Shown: piece by piece, positions 1-8,807 of the stretch
Layout of the letters: every line of letters begins with the position of its first letter
Numbering within the stretch: position 1 is the first letter of the stretch
Assembly: GCA_031291955.1 (NCBI GenBank)
Contig: JARLIA010000005.1
Coordinates: 209,057-273,056, forward strand
From: Minisyncoccota bacterium
GTDB taxonomy: Bacteria; Patescibacteriota; Minisyncoccia; Moranbacterales; UBA2206
Direction: 5' to 3'
Length of the DNA: 64,000 nucleotides
The notes under the pieces: generated by a model
Seen by the model: only the letters and a program-made list of their open reading frames with translations
Database searches by the model: none
Told to the model about the DNA's origin: nothing
Translations under genes and position numbers: made by a program

Positions 1-1
1 G

Positions 2-733
2 ACTATGACCTTTACTTTTTCTCTCCCCGAAAACGGAAATTCCGACCAGGGAAACAGTCTGACAGCTACCAATACCAAGCAGTACGCTTCGAGTCAGCCC
101 TTTACCGTGATCGGAGTGGTGGACAGCAGTGATAGTTCGATTTATATCAACACCAGGGCCATGAAGGATATTTCTATTTCTAATTTTGATGAAGCAAAAG
201 TGAAATGCGTAAATAGCGGCGTGATGGGTGCGGTCGATAGCCAGCTTACCCAGATGCATTTTTCAGTATCTTCTCTCTCTCAGACGGTTGACCAAGCCAA
301 CCAGGTTTTCCGTATTATCCGCATGGTGCTGATGCTTTTCGGCGTGATTGCTCTGGTAGTCAGCGCTATCGGCATGTTTAACACCATGACCATCACTCTT
401 CTGGAACGGACGGAAGAGATTGGGATTATGAAGTCGATCGGCGCCTCAGATCAGATGATTTCAATGATGTTTGTCATGGAAGCGACCATTATGGGTCTTC
501 TTGGCGGCTTAGTCGGTATCGCTATTGGATATTTGGAGGGAAAGATTTTCAATTTAGTCATCAATCTCATCGCCTCTCATTTCGGCGGACAACAGGTCAA
601 TTTGTTTTCCAGTCCGCTCTGGTTTGTGAGTTCCGTGATTGCCTTTTCGGCTGTGGTCGGTTTCATTACCGGCGTCATTCCGGCCCGCCGGGCTTCGAAG
701 ATCGACCCGCTGGACGCGCTGCGGTATAAGTAA
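2..733 (+). CDS. ABC transporter permease, FtsX/MacB-like C-terminal part; 5' end lies outside the window
   Basis: ORF frame is open to window start; four C-terminal TM segments and an FtsX-like motif layout (…GIMKSIGASDQMI…); ends 733. Confidence 0.55.
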   Translation, partial: TMTFTFSLPENGNSDQGNSLTATNTKQYASSQPFTVIGVVDSSDSSIYINTRAMKDISISNFDEAKVKCVNSGVMGAVDSQLTQMHFSVSSLSQTVDQANQVFRIIRMVLMLFGVIALVVSAIGMFNTMTITLLERTEEIGIMKSIGASDQMISMMFVMEATIMGLLGGLVGIAIGYLEGKIFNLVINLIASHFGGQQVNLFSSPLWFVSSVIAFSAVVGFITGVIPARRASKIDPLDALRYK

Positions 734-736
734 AAA

Positions 737-775
737 ATTACGCAATTAGTTACGTAATTTTTATTTTTGTGCCTT
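737..775 (+). terminator. rho-independent terminator-like hairpin after the permease gene
   Basis: aaaattacg...cgtaatttt inverted repeat followed by tatttttg. Confidence 0.4.
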
Positions 776-1136
776 AGGAGAGACTCGAACTCTCAAGGGA
801 TTGCTCCCACGCGATTTTGCCGCGCCCGCTTCGCCTTGCGTTCTTTTGTTTTATCTGTGCCCAAGGTGGGACTCGAACCCACACGGTCTTGCGACCACAC
901 GATTTTGAGTCGTGCGCGTAAACCAATTCCGCCACTTGGGCTTGTGTGTAATAAAGAACTAACAAGAAAAATTACGGGCGAAGCAAGGCGGGCGGGAGTC
1001 GCGCGCGTATACCCCGCCTGCCTTGCAATGCTACTCGCGAATTAGTACTTCTTCGGTTAATTTCATTGTAGCAGTAAAATGTCGCTTTCTAATTTTATAG
1101 CAAGGCATTGCGGGCAGGCAATTCCGCCACTAAGGC
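770..1136 (-). other. split tRNA-like gene: 5' half (acceptor+D-arm, ~1100-1136) and 3' half (variable arm+T-arm+acceptor, 770-~845) separated by ~290 nt that contain the tRNA-Leu above
   Basis: 5' piece GCCTTAGTGGCGGAATTGCCTGCCCGC (D-stem GCGG/CCGC), 3' piece GGGAGCAATCCC-GAGAGTTCGAGTCTCTC-CTAAGGCA; acceptor strands GCCTTAG/CTAAGGC are perfectly complementary. Confidence 0.3.
858..941 (-). tRNA. tRNA-Leu(CAA)
   Basis: Minus-strand cloverleaf by eye: acceptor GCCCAAG/CTTGGGC, D-arm GCGGAATTGG, anticodon loop CUCAAAA (CAA), long variable arm, T-loop GGGTTCGAGTCCCAC. Confidence 0.8.
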
Positions 1137-1188
1137 TTGTTTTGAGTTTGTTAGATTTTATAGTACAATATATCTATACTTATTGATT

Positions 1189-1980
1189 ATGGCAAAAATA
1201 ATTTCACTCGTCAACCAAAAGGGCGGCGTGGGCAAGACTACTTCGGCCATCAACCTGGCGACTTACTTGGCGGCGGCCGGAAAGTTCGTTTTGTTAGTGG
1301 ATCTTGATCCGCAGGGAAATGCTTCCTCGGGGCTGGGTTTGGATGTTCGAAACATTGAAAAAAGCCTCTATCACGCCATGATTGGTGGAGAACATCCGGG
1401 AAATGTCATTATGCGGACCGAAACATTCGGCCATGATCTCATTCCAGCTTCGCAAGACTTGGCCGGGGCAGGCATTGAGCTGGTGCATTTGGATAACCGG
1501 GAATTTCGGCTGTATAATGTCCTCCGAGAAATTCGGACCAACTATGATTACATCATCATCGATTCGCCGCCGAGCCTCGGACTTTTGACGATCAATGGTC
1601 TCGTGGCCAGCGACGAGATCCTTATTCCAGTGCAAACCGAATATTTCGCCTTGGAAGGCTTGAGCCAACTCTTGAACACAATCGATTTGGTGCGGGAAAA
1701 CCTCCAGCCGGAATTGAAAATTATGGGGGCGGTTCTCACAATGTATGACAAGCGGAACCGCTTGGCCCGCCAAGTGGTGAAAGAAATGCATGATCATTTT
1801 CCGGGCCACGTTTTTGATTCGGTCATTCCGCGCTCGGTGCGTCTCGCCGAAGCGCCGGGCTTTGGCAAATCAATCCTCAGTTTCGACGGCCTGTCCAAAG
1901 GGGCGCGGGCCTACAAAAATCTGGCAAGGGAGATTATTGAACTGGAAAAACAGGATAATAAAAAAGGATTTAGCGTTTAA
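1189..1980 (+). CDS. parA: chromosome partitioning ATPase ParA/Soj
   Basis: MAKIISLVNQKGGVGKTT deviant Walker A; ORF-track start at 1108 is less likely than the ATG at 1189. Confidence 0.9.
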   Translation: MAKIISLVNQKGGVGKTTSAINLATYLAAAGKFVLLVDLDPQGNASSGLGLDVRNIEKSLYHAMIGGEHPGNVIMRTETFGHDLIPASQDLAGAGIELVHLDNREFRLYNVLREIRTNYDYIIIDSPPSLGLLTINGLVASDEILIPVQTEYFALEGLSQLLNTIDLVRENLQPELKIMGAVLTMYDKRNRLARQVVKEMHDHFPGHVFDSVIPRSVRLAEAPGFGKSILSFDGLSKGARAYKNLAREIIELEKQDNKKGFSV

Positions 1981-1989
1981 AAAAATAAT

Positions 1990-2082
1990 CAGAACCACTG
2001 ATTATCACTGATTTACACATGATTTCACGTGATTTTAAATTCAGTGCAATCAGGATAATCAGTGCAAATCAGTGGTTCAGAC
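1990..2082. repeat. ~90-bp intergenic element with 12-bp terminal inverted repeats (GAACCACTGATT/AATCAGTGGTTC) and a parS-like core TTTCACGTGA; copy 1, between parA and parB
   Basis: Near-identical copy at 13493-13575; core matches the centre of the canonical parS tGTTTCACGTGAAACa. Confidence 0.55.
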
Positions 2083-2085
2083 ATT

Positions 2086-3057
2086 ATGTCTCAAAATTAT
2101 GGCCTGGGCCGAGGTTTGTCCTCTCTTATTCCGCAAAAAAGAAAAACAGCTTCGGAGGCGGAACAGCAAACCGTTTCCCAGCCTCAGACGGATTTTAACT
2201 ATTTCGGAGCGGGGAAGGTTGTTCCGGCGCGCGCCGATGAAAAAAACGAGCCGGCCGTTTCCACCCCGACAAGTGTCGGGGCGGGGAAAGACGGCCAGGG
2301 TTTGGAAATTCCGCTGGCTGATATTTCCAAAAATCCCTTCCAGCCGCGCTTGAAATTTGACGAAGCCAAATTGACCGAACTGGCCGATTCAATCAAAGAA
2401 CATGGCGTTCTTCAGCCGCTGGTGGTGACGCAAAAAGGGGATAAATATGAAATCATTGCTGGAGAGCGGCGTTTTCAAGCGGCTAAATTGGCCGGACTCT
2501 TGAAAGTCCCGGTGATTGTGAGGGTGGCTGATAGCCAAAAAAAGCTGGAATTGGCTATTGTGGAAAACGTCCAGCGCCATGATTTGAGTCCGATCGAAGA
2601 AGCTAAATCTTTTCGCCAACTGGCCGATGAGTTTGGCTTGACTCAGGAAGAGATCGCGAAAAAATTGGGCAAAAATCGTTCGTCTGTGGCCAATAAGATC
2701 CGCCTTTTGGATTTGCCGGTGGAAATCCAAAAAGCTTTGGCCGAAGGAAAAATCAGCGAAGGTCACGCCAAGCTGCTTTTGGCTATTCCGAATTCGGAAA
2801 AGCAACGGGCTTTTTTTGAGCTGATCATTAAGAATAATCTGACTGTCCGGCAGACGGAAGACAAGACCAAAGAAATCACTGTTCGCCACCACAAACGGAA
2901 CGTGATTGTCGATCCGGAAACAAAAGAAATCGAAAATAATCTCTCGAGCACGCTCGGCACCAAAGTGAAACTCAAAAAAACCGGCGACACCGGGCGTATC
3001 GTCATTGAATATTATTCCCGGGAAGAATTGGAGAATATTTTGGGGAAGATAAAATAA
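2086..3057 (+). CDS. parB: chromosome partitioning protein ParB (parS-binding)
   Basis: MSQNYGLGRGLSSLIP N-terminus, ParB box GERRFQAAKLAGL, HTH region; directly downstream of parA. Confidence 0.9.
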   Translation: MSQNYGLGRGLSSLIPQKRKTASEAEQQTVSQPQTDFNYFGAGKVVPARADEKNEPAVSTPTSVGAGKDGQGLEIPLADISKNPFQPRLKFDEAKLTELADSIKEHGVLQPLVVTQKGDKYEIIAGERRFQAAKLAGLLKVPVIVRVADSQKKLELAIVENVQRHDLSPIEEAKSFRQLADEFGLTQEEIAKKLGKNRSSVANKIRLLDLPVEIQKALAEGKISEGHAKLLLAIPNSEKQRAFFELIIKNNLTVRQTEDKTKEITVRHHKRNVIVDPETKEIENNLSSTLGTKVKLKKTGDTGRIVIEYYSREELENILGKIK

Positions 3058-3073
3058 AAAAATATACGAAAAT

Positions 3074-3271
3074 ATGAGCGGGAGATATCTTATTAAAAAA
3101 TGGTGGTTTTGGCTGGTTATTATTTTAATATTGATTATACTATTTTTTCCAATATTCAATTGCCAAAATACTAGTGTTTTTTCGGATGCTAATGGAGGTA
3201 TTCGTTCACATGGCGCAATCTGCCAATCCTTGACTGATTTGATGCTACACGGAAAACAGTTTTTTCAATAG
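3074..3271 (+). CDS. small hypothetical membrane protein
   Basis: 65-aa ORF with one hydrophobic helix; weak support. Confidence 0.25.
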   Translation: MSGRYLIKKWWFWLVIILILIILFFPIFNCQNTSVFSDANGGIRSHGAICQSLTDLMLHGKQFFQ

Positions 3272-3344
3272 TTATTTTTTTTGGAAAGAGTTGGATAATA
3301 TTTTAGGGAAGATAAAATAAATTAACAATATAAAAAACAGACTG

Positions 3345-3686
3345 ATGAAAATAATAACGGACAAAATAACAATCGCGGAGCTTGAAGAGATGTCTCAAAA
3401 GATGTTCGGAAACCTGGTGAAAGTCGTTGTCGACATCGAAAAAGAAATTATGGCGGTGGACGCGGATCTTCATGCCGATGAGGAGAGTCTGCTTTTGGAG
3501 AAAGGATCAGCGCAAAAAAATCTTTGGGGCATAAATCTTTATCCCGAAATGTCGGGAGATGATTTTGTCGAATTTGATTCGATGATAAATCTGCGTCCGT
3601 CACAGGGAAATCGTAGCCGCGGTGTGGATAATGAAAATATCCGGAAAAGAATAATTCAGATCGTCAATAAACTTGTGGAAAAATAA
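3345..3686 (+). CDS. hypothetical protein
   Basis: 113-aa ORF; no family recognised by eye. Confidence 0.45.
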   Translation: MKIITDKITIAELEEMSQKMFGNLVKVVVDIEKEIMAVDADLHADEESLLLEKGSAQKNLWGINLYPEMSGDDFVEFDSMINLRPSQGNRSRGVDNENIRKRIIQIVNKLVEK

Positions 3687-3689
3687 ACC

Positions 3690-4022
3690 ATGGAATACCA
3701 GCATAAAAATTTGGCGGGAGAAAGATGGAACGCGCTGACTTTTTTCGAACAGATGGCCAATGTCGGCAGCGAAGTTGAAAGAAGTCTCAAGTGGAAAGAA
3801 AAGGGCAATTCGGAATACAGCCGATTGGCCTTCGAGCGGGCGCTGGAACTTTTGGATTTCACGATCGTTGATCCGAAGAACAAAAAAAGATTGCGGGAGT
3901 TAGTGCGTGTACGCGAGGCCTTGGCGGATTATTTCGCTTTTGAAAATGAATATCATTCGAGCAAAGAATCTTGGCAAAAATATTTCTACGCTTTCAACTG
4001 GGCGGCTCGAGTAGTATTGTAG
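3690..4022 (+). CDS. hypothetical protein
   Basis: 110-aa ORF, directly follows the previous ORF. Confidence 0.45.
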   Translation: MEYQHKNLAGERWNALTFFEQMANVGSEVERSLKWKEKGNSEYSRLAFERALELLDFTIVDPKNKKRLRELVRVREALADYFAFENEYHSSKESWQKYFYAFNWAARVVL

Positions 4023-4048
4023 TTAATTAATTTTTTTAAAATAAACTT

Positions 4049-4828
4049 ATGGACATTGTTGTGTCTTTTCTGCCATTTATTCTGATTCTGGTGGTGTTTT
4101 TCTTGTACAGGGCCCTGAAGATTGTCAAAGAATACGATCGGGGAGTGGTTTTCTTTTTGGGGAAAGTGACCGGCGTTCGAGGACCAGGGCTCATCATTCT
4201 AATTCCGATTTTTGAAGTCATGACCAAAGTGTCGCTCCGTACTATCACGATGAATATTCCTTCACAGAAGATCATTACTAGGGATAACGTTTCAATCGAT
4301 ATCGCGGCCGTGGCCTATTTTCACATCGTTGATCCGCAAAAATCGGTGGTGGCCATTGAAAACGTTTCCGATGCGGTCAACCAAATCAGTCAGACAACTG
4401 TCCGGAACGTGGTCGGGCAATTTGCTCTTGATCAATTGCTTTCCCAGACCGGCGAGATTAACAACAAGATAAAAGATGTCATCGATACGCACACTGAACC
4501 GTGGGGCGTGCAAGTGACGGCGGTCGAAATCAAAGACATCACTCTGCCGGACAATATGCAACGAGCCATGGCCAAGGAAGCGGAAGCCGAACGGGAAAAA
4601 CGGGCCAAAATCATCGCGGCCGACGGCGAATTCCAAGCGGCGGTAAAACTCGGCGAAGCGGCCGATATCATCTCGGCTCACCCGGTCGCCCTCCAGCTCC
4701 GGACGCTCCAAACCATGACCGAAATTTCCGTCGAAAAGAACTCTACTATTATTTTCCCGGCCCAGTTCATGTCCACCGTCCAGGAAGCGATAAAAGTCAT
4801 CAGAGACGACGTCGGCAATAAGGCTTAA
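4049..4828 (+). CDS. SPFH/band-7 (stomatin/prohibitin-like) membrane protein
   Basis: N-terminal TM then SPFH core (…[16 protein letters not shown]…[21 protein letters not shown]…) and a coiled-coil tail ([15 protein letters not shown]). Confidence 0.85.
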   Translation: MDIVVSFLPFILILVVFFLYRALKIVKEYDRGVVFFLGKVTGVRGPGLIILIPIFEVMTKVSLRTITMNIPSQKIITRDNVSIDIAAVAYFHIVDPQKSVVAIENVSDAVNQISQTTVRNVVGQFALDQLLSQTGEINNKIKDVIDTHTEPWGVQVTAVEIKDITLPDNMQRAMAKEAEAEREKRAKIIAADGEFQAAVKLGEAADIISAHPVALQLRTLQTMTEISVEKNSTIIFPAQFMSTVQEAIKVIRDDVGNKA

Positions 4829-4831
4829 AAA

Positions 4832-4872
4832 TTATCAAAAAATCCTCTGCCCAAATAGAGGATTTTTTTATG
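4832..4872. terminator. bidirectional rho-independent terminator between the SPFH gene (+) and rel (-)
   Basis: atcctctgcccaaatagaggat hairpin followed by ttttttta. Confidence 0.6.
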
Positions 4873-4906
4873 CGCGAATAATTCAACGATTGACGACGCA
4901 AGATGA

Positions 4907-6394
4907 CTATATCATTCCATCCCGTTTCATGAATTTTCGAATGTGGGTTTTGGCGGCGGAAGTCTTGACAAATCTGATCCAGTCGCGGCTTGGATTCTTG
5001 TGTTCGCGCGAGGTGATGATTTCAATCACTTCGCCGTTTTGGACTCGATAGTCAAGCGGCACCATCTTGCCGTTGGCCTTGGCGCCGATAGCTCGGTCGC
5101 CGATATCGCTGTGGACTTTGTAGGCGAAATCGATCGGAGTGGCTTCTTCCGGAAGATTGATGATGTCGCCCATGGGAGTGAAAGCGAAAATGTGATTTTT
5201 GAAAAAGTCGATTCGGAGACCTTCCATAAATTCCTGATTATCCTTTCCCAGCTCGGTCTGCCATTCGCGCAGCTGTTTCACCCAAACAAGATCCTGTTCC
5301 GGTACGACAGATTTTTTTCGGAAGAAATTGCGAAAACTGCGCCTGTTTTCGGCATATATCCAGTGGGCAGCGATTCCGAATTCGGCCTCATCGTCCATTT
5401 TTTTGGTGCGGATCTGGATTTCCAAGAATTTGCCCTTGGGTCCGAAGATGGTTGTGTGGATGGATTGGTAGCCATTGGGTTTGGGGAGGGAGATGTAATC
5501 TTTGATGCGTCCGACCAAGGGGCGATACATTTTGTGGACAACTCCGAGTGTTTCATAACAATTGACCACTTCAGCTACGATAATGCGAATGCCGGCCAAA
5601 TCATAGACTTTGTTGATATCCATATCATGCCGCTTCAGTTTTTGAAAGAGACTGTAAGGGTGTTTACTTCGCCCGTAAATGTCTTCCACTCGGATGCCGT
5701 CTTTCTGGAGTTGCTTTTTTAGCTCTGAGATTATTTGGCGGATGTGTATTTTTCTTTGGGCTTGCTGTTCCTCGGAAATTTTGGAAACATAGGCGAATTT
5801 TTCCGGATCAAGATGTTGGAAGGCCAGGTCCTCAAGTCGATCCTTTATCTCGCCGATTCCCAAACGGTTGGCGATCGGCGCGAAAATATCCAGTGTTTCT
5901 CGGGCGATGCGCTCGCGTTTTTCCGGCGGCAAAGCTTCGAGAGTTTCCATGTTGTGCAGCCGATCCGCCAGTTTGATGAGCACCACTCGGATGTCGGCCG
6001 CCATAGCCAAAAACATCTTCCTCAAATTTTCCAGGTACATTTCCTCTTTGGTGCCGCGGAGTTTGATGCGTCCCAATTTGGTCACGCCGTCTACCATGGC
6101 GGCGACTTCTTTTCCGAATTTTTTTTCTACCTCTTCAAGGGTTACTTGGGTGTCTTCCGGAACATCATGAAGAAGTCCTGCGGAAATCGTGCGCGGTCCC
6201 AGTCCGATTTTGGCCAGGTTGAGGGCGGTGTGAAGGGGGTGTTGGATGTAATCTTCGCCGGCTTTCCGTTTTTGTCCCCGGTGGGCGACTTCGGCCATTT
6301 CATAGGCGCTTCGAATCAAGGCCTCGCCTTTGGCATCCCGCTGGAACTTCATATTTTTCAAGACATCTTCAATTGTCAGCTGGGTGTAAGGCAT
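4907..6394 (-). CDS. rel: bifunctional (p)ppGpp synthetase/hydrolase, RelA/SpoT family, short form (HD + synthetase + TGS; no ACT/RRM tail)
   Basis: HD motif (HRGQKRKAGEDYIQHP), synthetase motif (YRPLVGRIKDYISLPKPNGYQSIHTTI), TGS (VFTPMGDIINLPEEATPIDFAYKVH…); 495 aa. Confidence 0.9.
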   Translation of the reverse strand: MPYTQLTIEDVLKNMKFQRDAKGEALIRSAYEMAEVAHRGQKRKAGEDYIQHPLHTALNLAKIGLGPRTISAGLLHDVPEDTQVTLEEVEKKFGKEVAAMVDGVTKLGRIKLRGTKEEMYLENLRKMFLAMAADIRVVLIKLADRLHNMETLEALPPEKRERIARETLDIFAPIANRLGIGEIKDRLEDLAFQHLDPEKFAYVSKISEEQQAQRKIHIRQIISELKKQLQKDGIRVEDIYGRSKHPYSLFQKLKRHDMDINKVYDLAGIRIIVAEVVNCYETLGVVHKMYRPLVGRIKDYISLPKPNGYQSIHTTIFGPKGKFLEIQIRTKKMDDEAEFGIAAHWIYAENRRSFRNFFRKKSVVPEQDLVWVKQLREWQTELGKDNQEFMEGLRIDFFKNHIFAFTPMGDIINLPEEATPIDFAYKVHSDIGDRAIGAKANGKMVPLDYRVQNGEVIEIITSREHKNPSRDWIRFVKTSAAKTHIRKFMKRDGMI

Positions 6395-6403
6395 GGTTGA
6401 AAA

Positions 6404-8647
6404 TTATTTCTCAAACTTACATTCCTTATTTGAACATTTGACTTTTCCTTTGGCGGCAAAAGTCAGGAGACTGCCACACTCTGGGCATTTTTCTCCGGTC
6501 GGCTTGGTCCAGAGGGCAAATTTGCAATTGGGGTAGTTGTTGCAGCCGTAAAAGACCCGACCCCGCTTGGATTTTCGTTCGACAATTTCTCCGACGCCGC
6601 ACGTGGGGCATTTGACGCCGGTCTTGGTTTCGATTTTTTTGATGTTTTTGCAATTGGGATAATTGGAGCAACCGAGAAACATGCCGTATTTTCCGCGTTT
6701 GATCACCATTGGGGCGCCGCAGAGTTCGCACTTTTCCGTGCCGGTCTCTTTTTCGATTTTTTCCTGCAGTTCTTTTTCCGCGGCCGTTTTTTCAGTATAG
6801 CGGCACTCCGGATAGTTGGAGCAAGCGATGAATTTTCCAAACCGCCCGAATTTGACGATCAGGTCACCGCCGCAATCGGGACACTGGCGATCCAGTTTTT
6901 CCTGGTAGTCTTCCTTCTTGACTGTCTTGGCTTTGCTTTCGATATTTTTGTGAAAAGGTTTGTAGAATTCGGCAATGACTGGCACCCAATCTTTCTTGCC
7001 TTCGGCGATTTTGTCAAAGTCTTCTTCGATGCCGGCCGTAAAGCCAGTGTCGACGATGTCAGGAAAGTGTTCAACTAGAATGTCATTTACCAGCAGGCCG
7101 ATTTCCAAAGGGATTAGCCGCTTCTCATCGTTACGCTCGACATATTTCCGGTCAATGATAGTGGAAATTGTCGGGGCGTAGGTGGATGGCCGTCCGATCC
7201 CGTTTTCTTCCAGGACTTTCACGAGACTGGCTTCGGAATAGCGAGGCGGAGGCGTTGTTGATTTTTCTTCTTTGTCAATTTTCGCGATTTCCAGCTCGTC
7301 AGTTTTCTCTATCGGCGGCAAAAGGTTTTCGGCCGTTTTTTTGCCGGAAAAAACTCTAAGGAAACCGTCGAATTTGATGGTTGAGCCGCTGGCGCGGAGG
7401 AGATAAACATTTTTATTCTTCGCGCTGTCGGCTTTAGCTTCCATTTTTACGGAATTGAAAACCGCCGGCGCCATCTGGGTGGCGATCATCCGTTCCCAGA
7501 TGAGTTTGTAGAGCCGGGCTTGCTCGGGCGGCAATTTGCCCTTCAATTCTTCTGGGGTCGTTTCGGGATTGGCCGGCCGGATGGCTTCGTGAGCTTCTTG
7601 CGCGCCCTTGGATCTGGTCTTGAAAAAGCGGGGACTCTCCAACGCGTAGTTTGCCCCAAATTTTTTCTTGATGACTTTTTGGGCGGAAATCATCGACTCG
7701 AGCGAAAGATTGACCGAGTCGGTCCGCATGTAGGTGATGTGGCCGCCTTCATAAAGCTTTTGGGCGGCAATCATCGTTTTCTTGGCCGAATAGCCCAAGG
7801 TGTTGATGGCGGCTTGCTGGAGCGTGGAGGTGGTGAAGGGAGGGCTTGGATGACGCTGTGTTTCTTTCTGTGCCACGTCGGTCACTTCAATGCGGGAATT
7901 TTTGAGGTCGGCAATAATTTCATTGGCCGAATTTTCATCGGTGATGATGGTCTTTTTGGTTTTGTAGTCTCCGGCAAAAAGTTTCAGCGTTACGACCTGC
8001 TCGATTTTATCGCCGTTTTTTTCAATCAGGTCGGTCGCGAAAGTTTCGTCCGCGCCGATTTTCTTGAGTTCCAAGGGAACGGTCCAATAATTTTCGCTTT
8101 TGAATTTTTCTATTTCTCGTTCGCGTTCGGAGATGAGGCGGAGTGCCACAGACTGGACGCGCCCGGCCGAAAGCCCGCGCCGGACTTTTTTCCACAAGAA
8201 AGGCGACAGTTCATATCCGACCAAACGGTCGAGCACCCGCCGGGCCTGCTGGGCATCCACCAGATTAAGATCGATTTCTCGGGGACTGCCCAAAGCTTTC
8301 TCGATAGCCGATTTGGTAATTTCATGAAAAACGATGCGGGGAGTATTGCCCTTAAGATCCAGCGCGGAAACCAGGTGCCACGAAATCGCTTCTCCCTCGC
8401 GGTCTTCGTCAGTCGCGAGAATCACTTCGTCAGCTTTTTTAGCCAGTTTTTTGAGTTCGCCGACTCGGTCGATGGCTTCCTTGGGGATGACGTATTCGGG
8501 CGTGAAATTATGTTCGATATCGATACCCATATCCTTTTTGGGGAGATCGCGGATGTGGCCATAGGAAGACTTTACGGTAAAAGACTTTCCCAGGAATTTG
8601 GAAATGGTCTTGGCTTTGGTGGGGGATTCGACGATAACTAGTTTCAT
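6404..8647 (-). CDS. topA: DNA topoisomerase I with C-terminal Zn-ribbon repeats
   Basis: MKLVIVESPTKAKTISKFLG Toprim start; Cys4 repeats in the C-terminus; ATG at 8647 preferred over the TTG at 8662. Confidence 0.9.
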   Translation of the reverse strand: MKLVIVESPTKAKTISKFLGKSFTVKSSYGHIRDLPKKDMGIDIEHNFTPEYVIPKEAIDRVGELKKLAKKADEVILATDEDREGEAISWHLVSALDLKGNTPRIVFHEITKSAIEKALGSPREIDLNLVDAQQARRVLDRLVGYELSPFLWKKVRRGLSAGRVQSVALRLISEREREIEKFKSENYWTVPLELKKIGADETFATDLIEKNGDKIEQVVTLKLFAGDYKTKKTIITDENSANEIIADLKNSRIEVTDVAQKETQRHPSPPFTTSTLQQAAINTLGYSAKKTMIAAQKLYEGGHITYMRTDSVNLSLESMISAQKVIKKKFGANYALESPRFFKTRSKGAQEAHEAIRPANPETTPEELKGKLPPEQARLYKLIWERMIATQMAPAVFNSVKMEAKADSAKNKNVYLLRASGSTIKFDGFLRVFSGKKTAENLLPPIEKTDELEIAKIDKEEKSTTPPPRYSEASLVKVLEENGIGRPSTYAPTISTIIDRKYVERNDEKRLIPLEIGLLVNDILVEHFPDIVDTGFTAGIEEDFDKIAEGKKDWVPVIAEFYKPFHKNIESKAKTVKKEDYQEKLDRQCPDCGGDLIVKFGRFGKFIACSNYPECRYTEKTAAEKELQEKIEKETGTEKCELCGAPMVIKRGKYGMFLGCSNYPNCKNIKKIETKTGVKCPTCGVGEIVERKSKRGRVFYGCNNYPNCKFALWTKPTGEKCPECGSLLTFAAKGKVKCSNKECKFEK

Positions 8648-8649
8648 GA

Positions 8650-8807
8650 TAAAAATTTTCAATTTTCAATTTTCAATTTTTCTGGCTGCGCCAGATCTCG
8701 CATAGCGAGACAAACAATTCAATAATTTTTTAATTTATCAAACGTTAGAAAATTTAGTTATTGGAAAATTCGAAATTGTTTAGAAATTAGAAATTGAAAA
8801 TTAGAAA
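8650..8807 (-). repeat. upstream element copy 1: heptad arms (GAAAATT/AATTTCT)n around a ~100-bp conserved core with two small hairpins (TCTCGCTATGCGAGA, CTGGCGCAGCCAG), ending a few nt upstream of the topA start
   Basis: >90% identical by eye to 23055-23213 and 25912-26069 in reverse orientation; heptad arms form imperfect terminal inverted repeats. Confidence 0.6.

Noticed and set aside
767-1045. ORF-track proteins of 92 and 63 aa (767-1045 and 774-965)
   Set aside because: They overlap the tRNA genes on both strands.
770-1136. tmRNA (tRNA-like 5' and 3' ends, total ~370 nt)
   Set aside because: A complete canonical tRNA-Leu sits in the middle. The 5' half has a normal tRNA D-arm rather than tmRNA architecture. 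No plausible tag-peptide reading frame ending in hydrophobic-AA-stop was found.
1294-1809. Antisense ORF inside parA; similar shadow ORFs lie opposite well-supported genes (e.g. 2389-3159-, 5735-6400+, 7520-8641+, 13620-14552+, 21440-22300-, 34319-35449-, 37161-37934-, 55041-56198-)
   Set aside because: Each lies opposite a gene with clear family signatures and has no features of its own. They are typical shadow ORFs.
8662-8662. ORF-track start positions at TTG/GTG codons for topA (8662), LCP (15056), hisS (15901), nrdD (23212) and mraZ (52548)
   Set aside because: Nearby in-frame ATG codons give N-termini matching the canonical family starts. The alternative-codon starts were treated as artefacts of the ORF caller.
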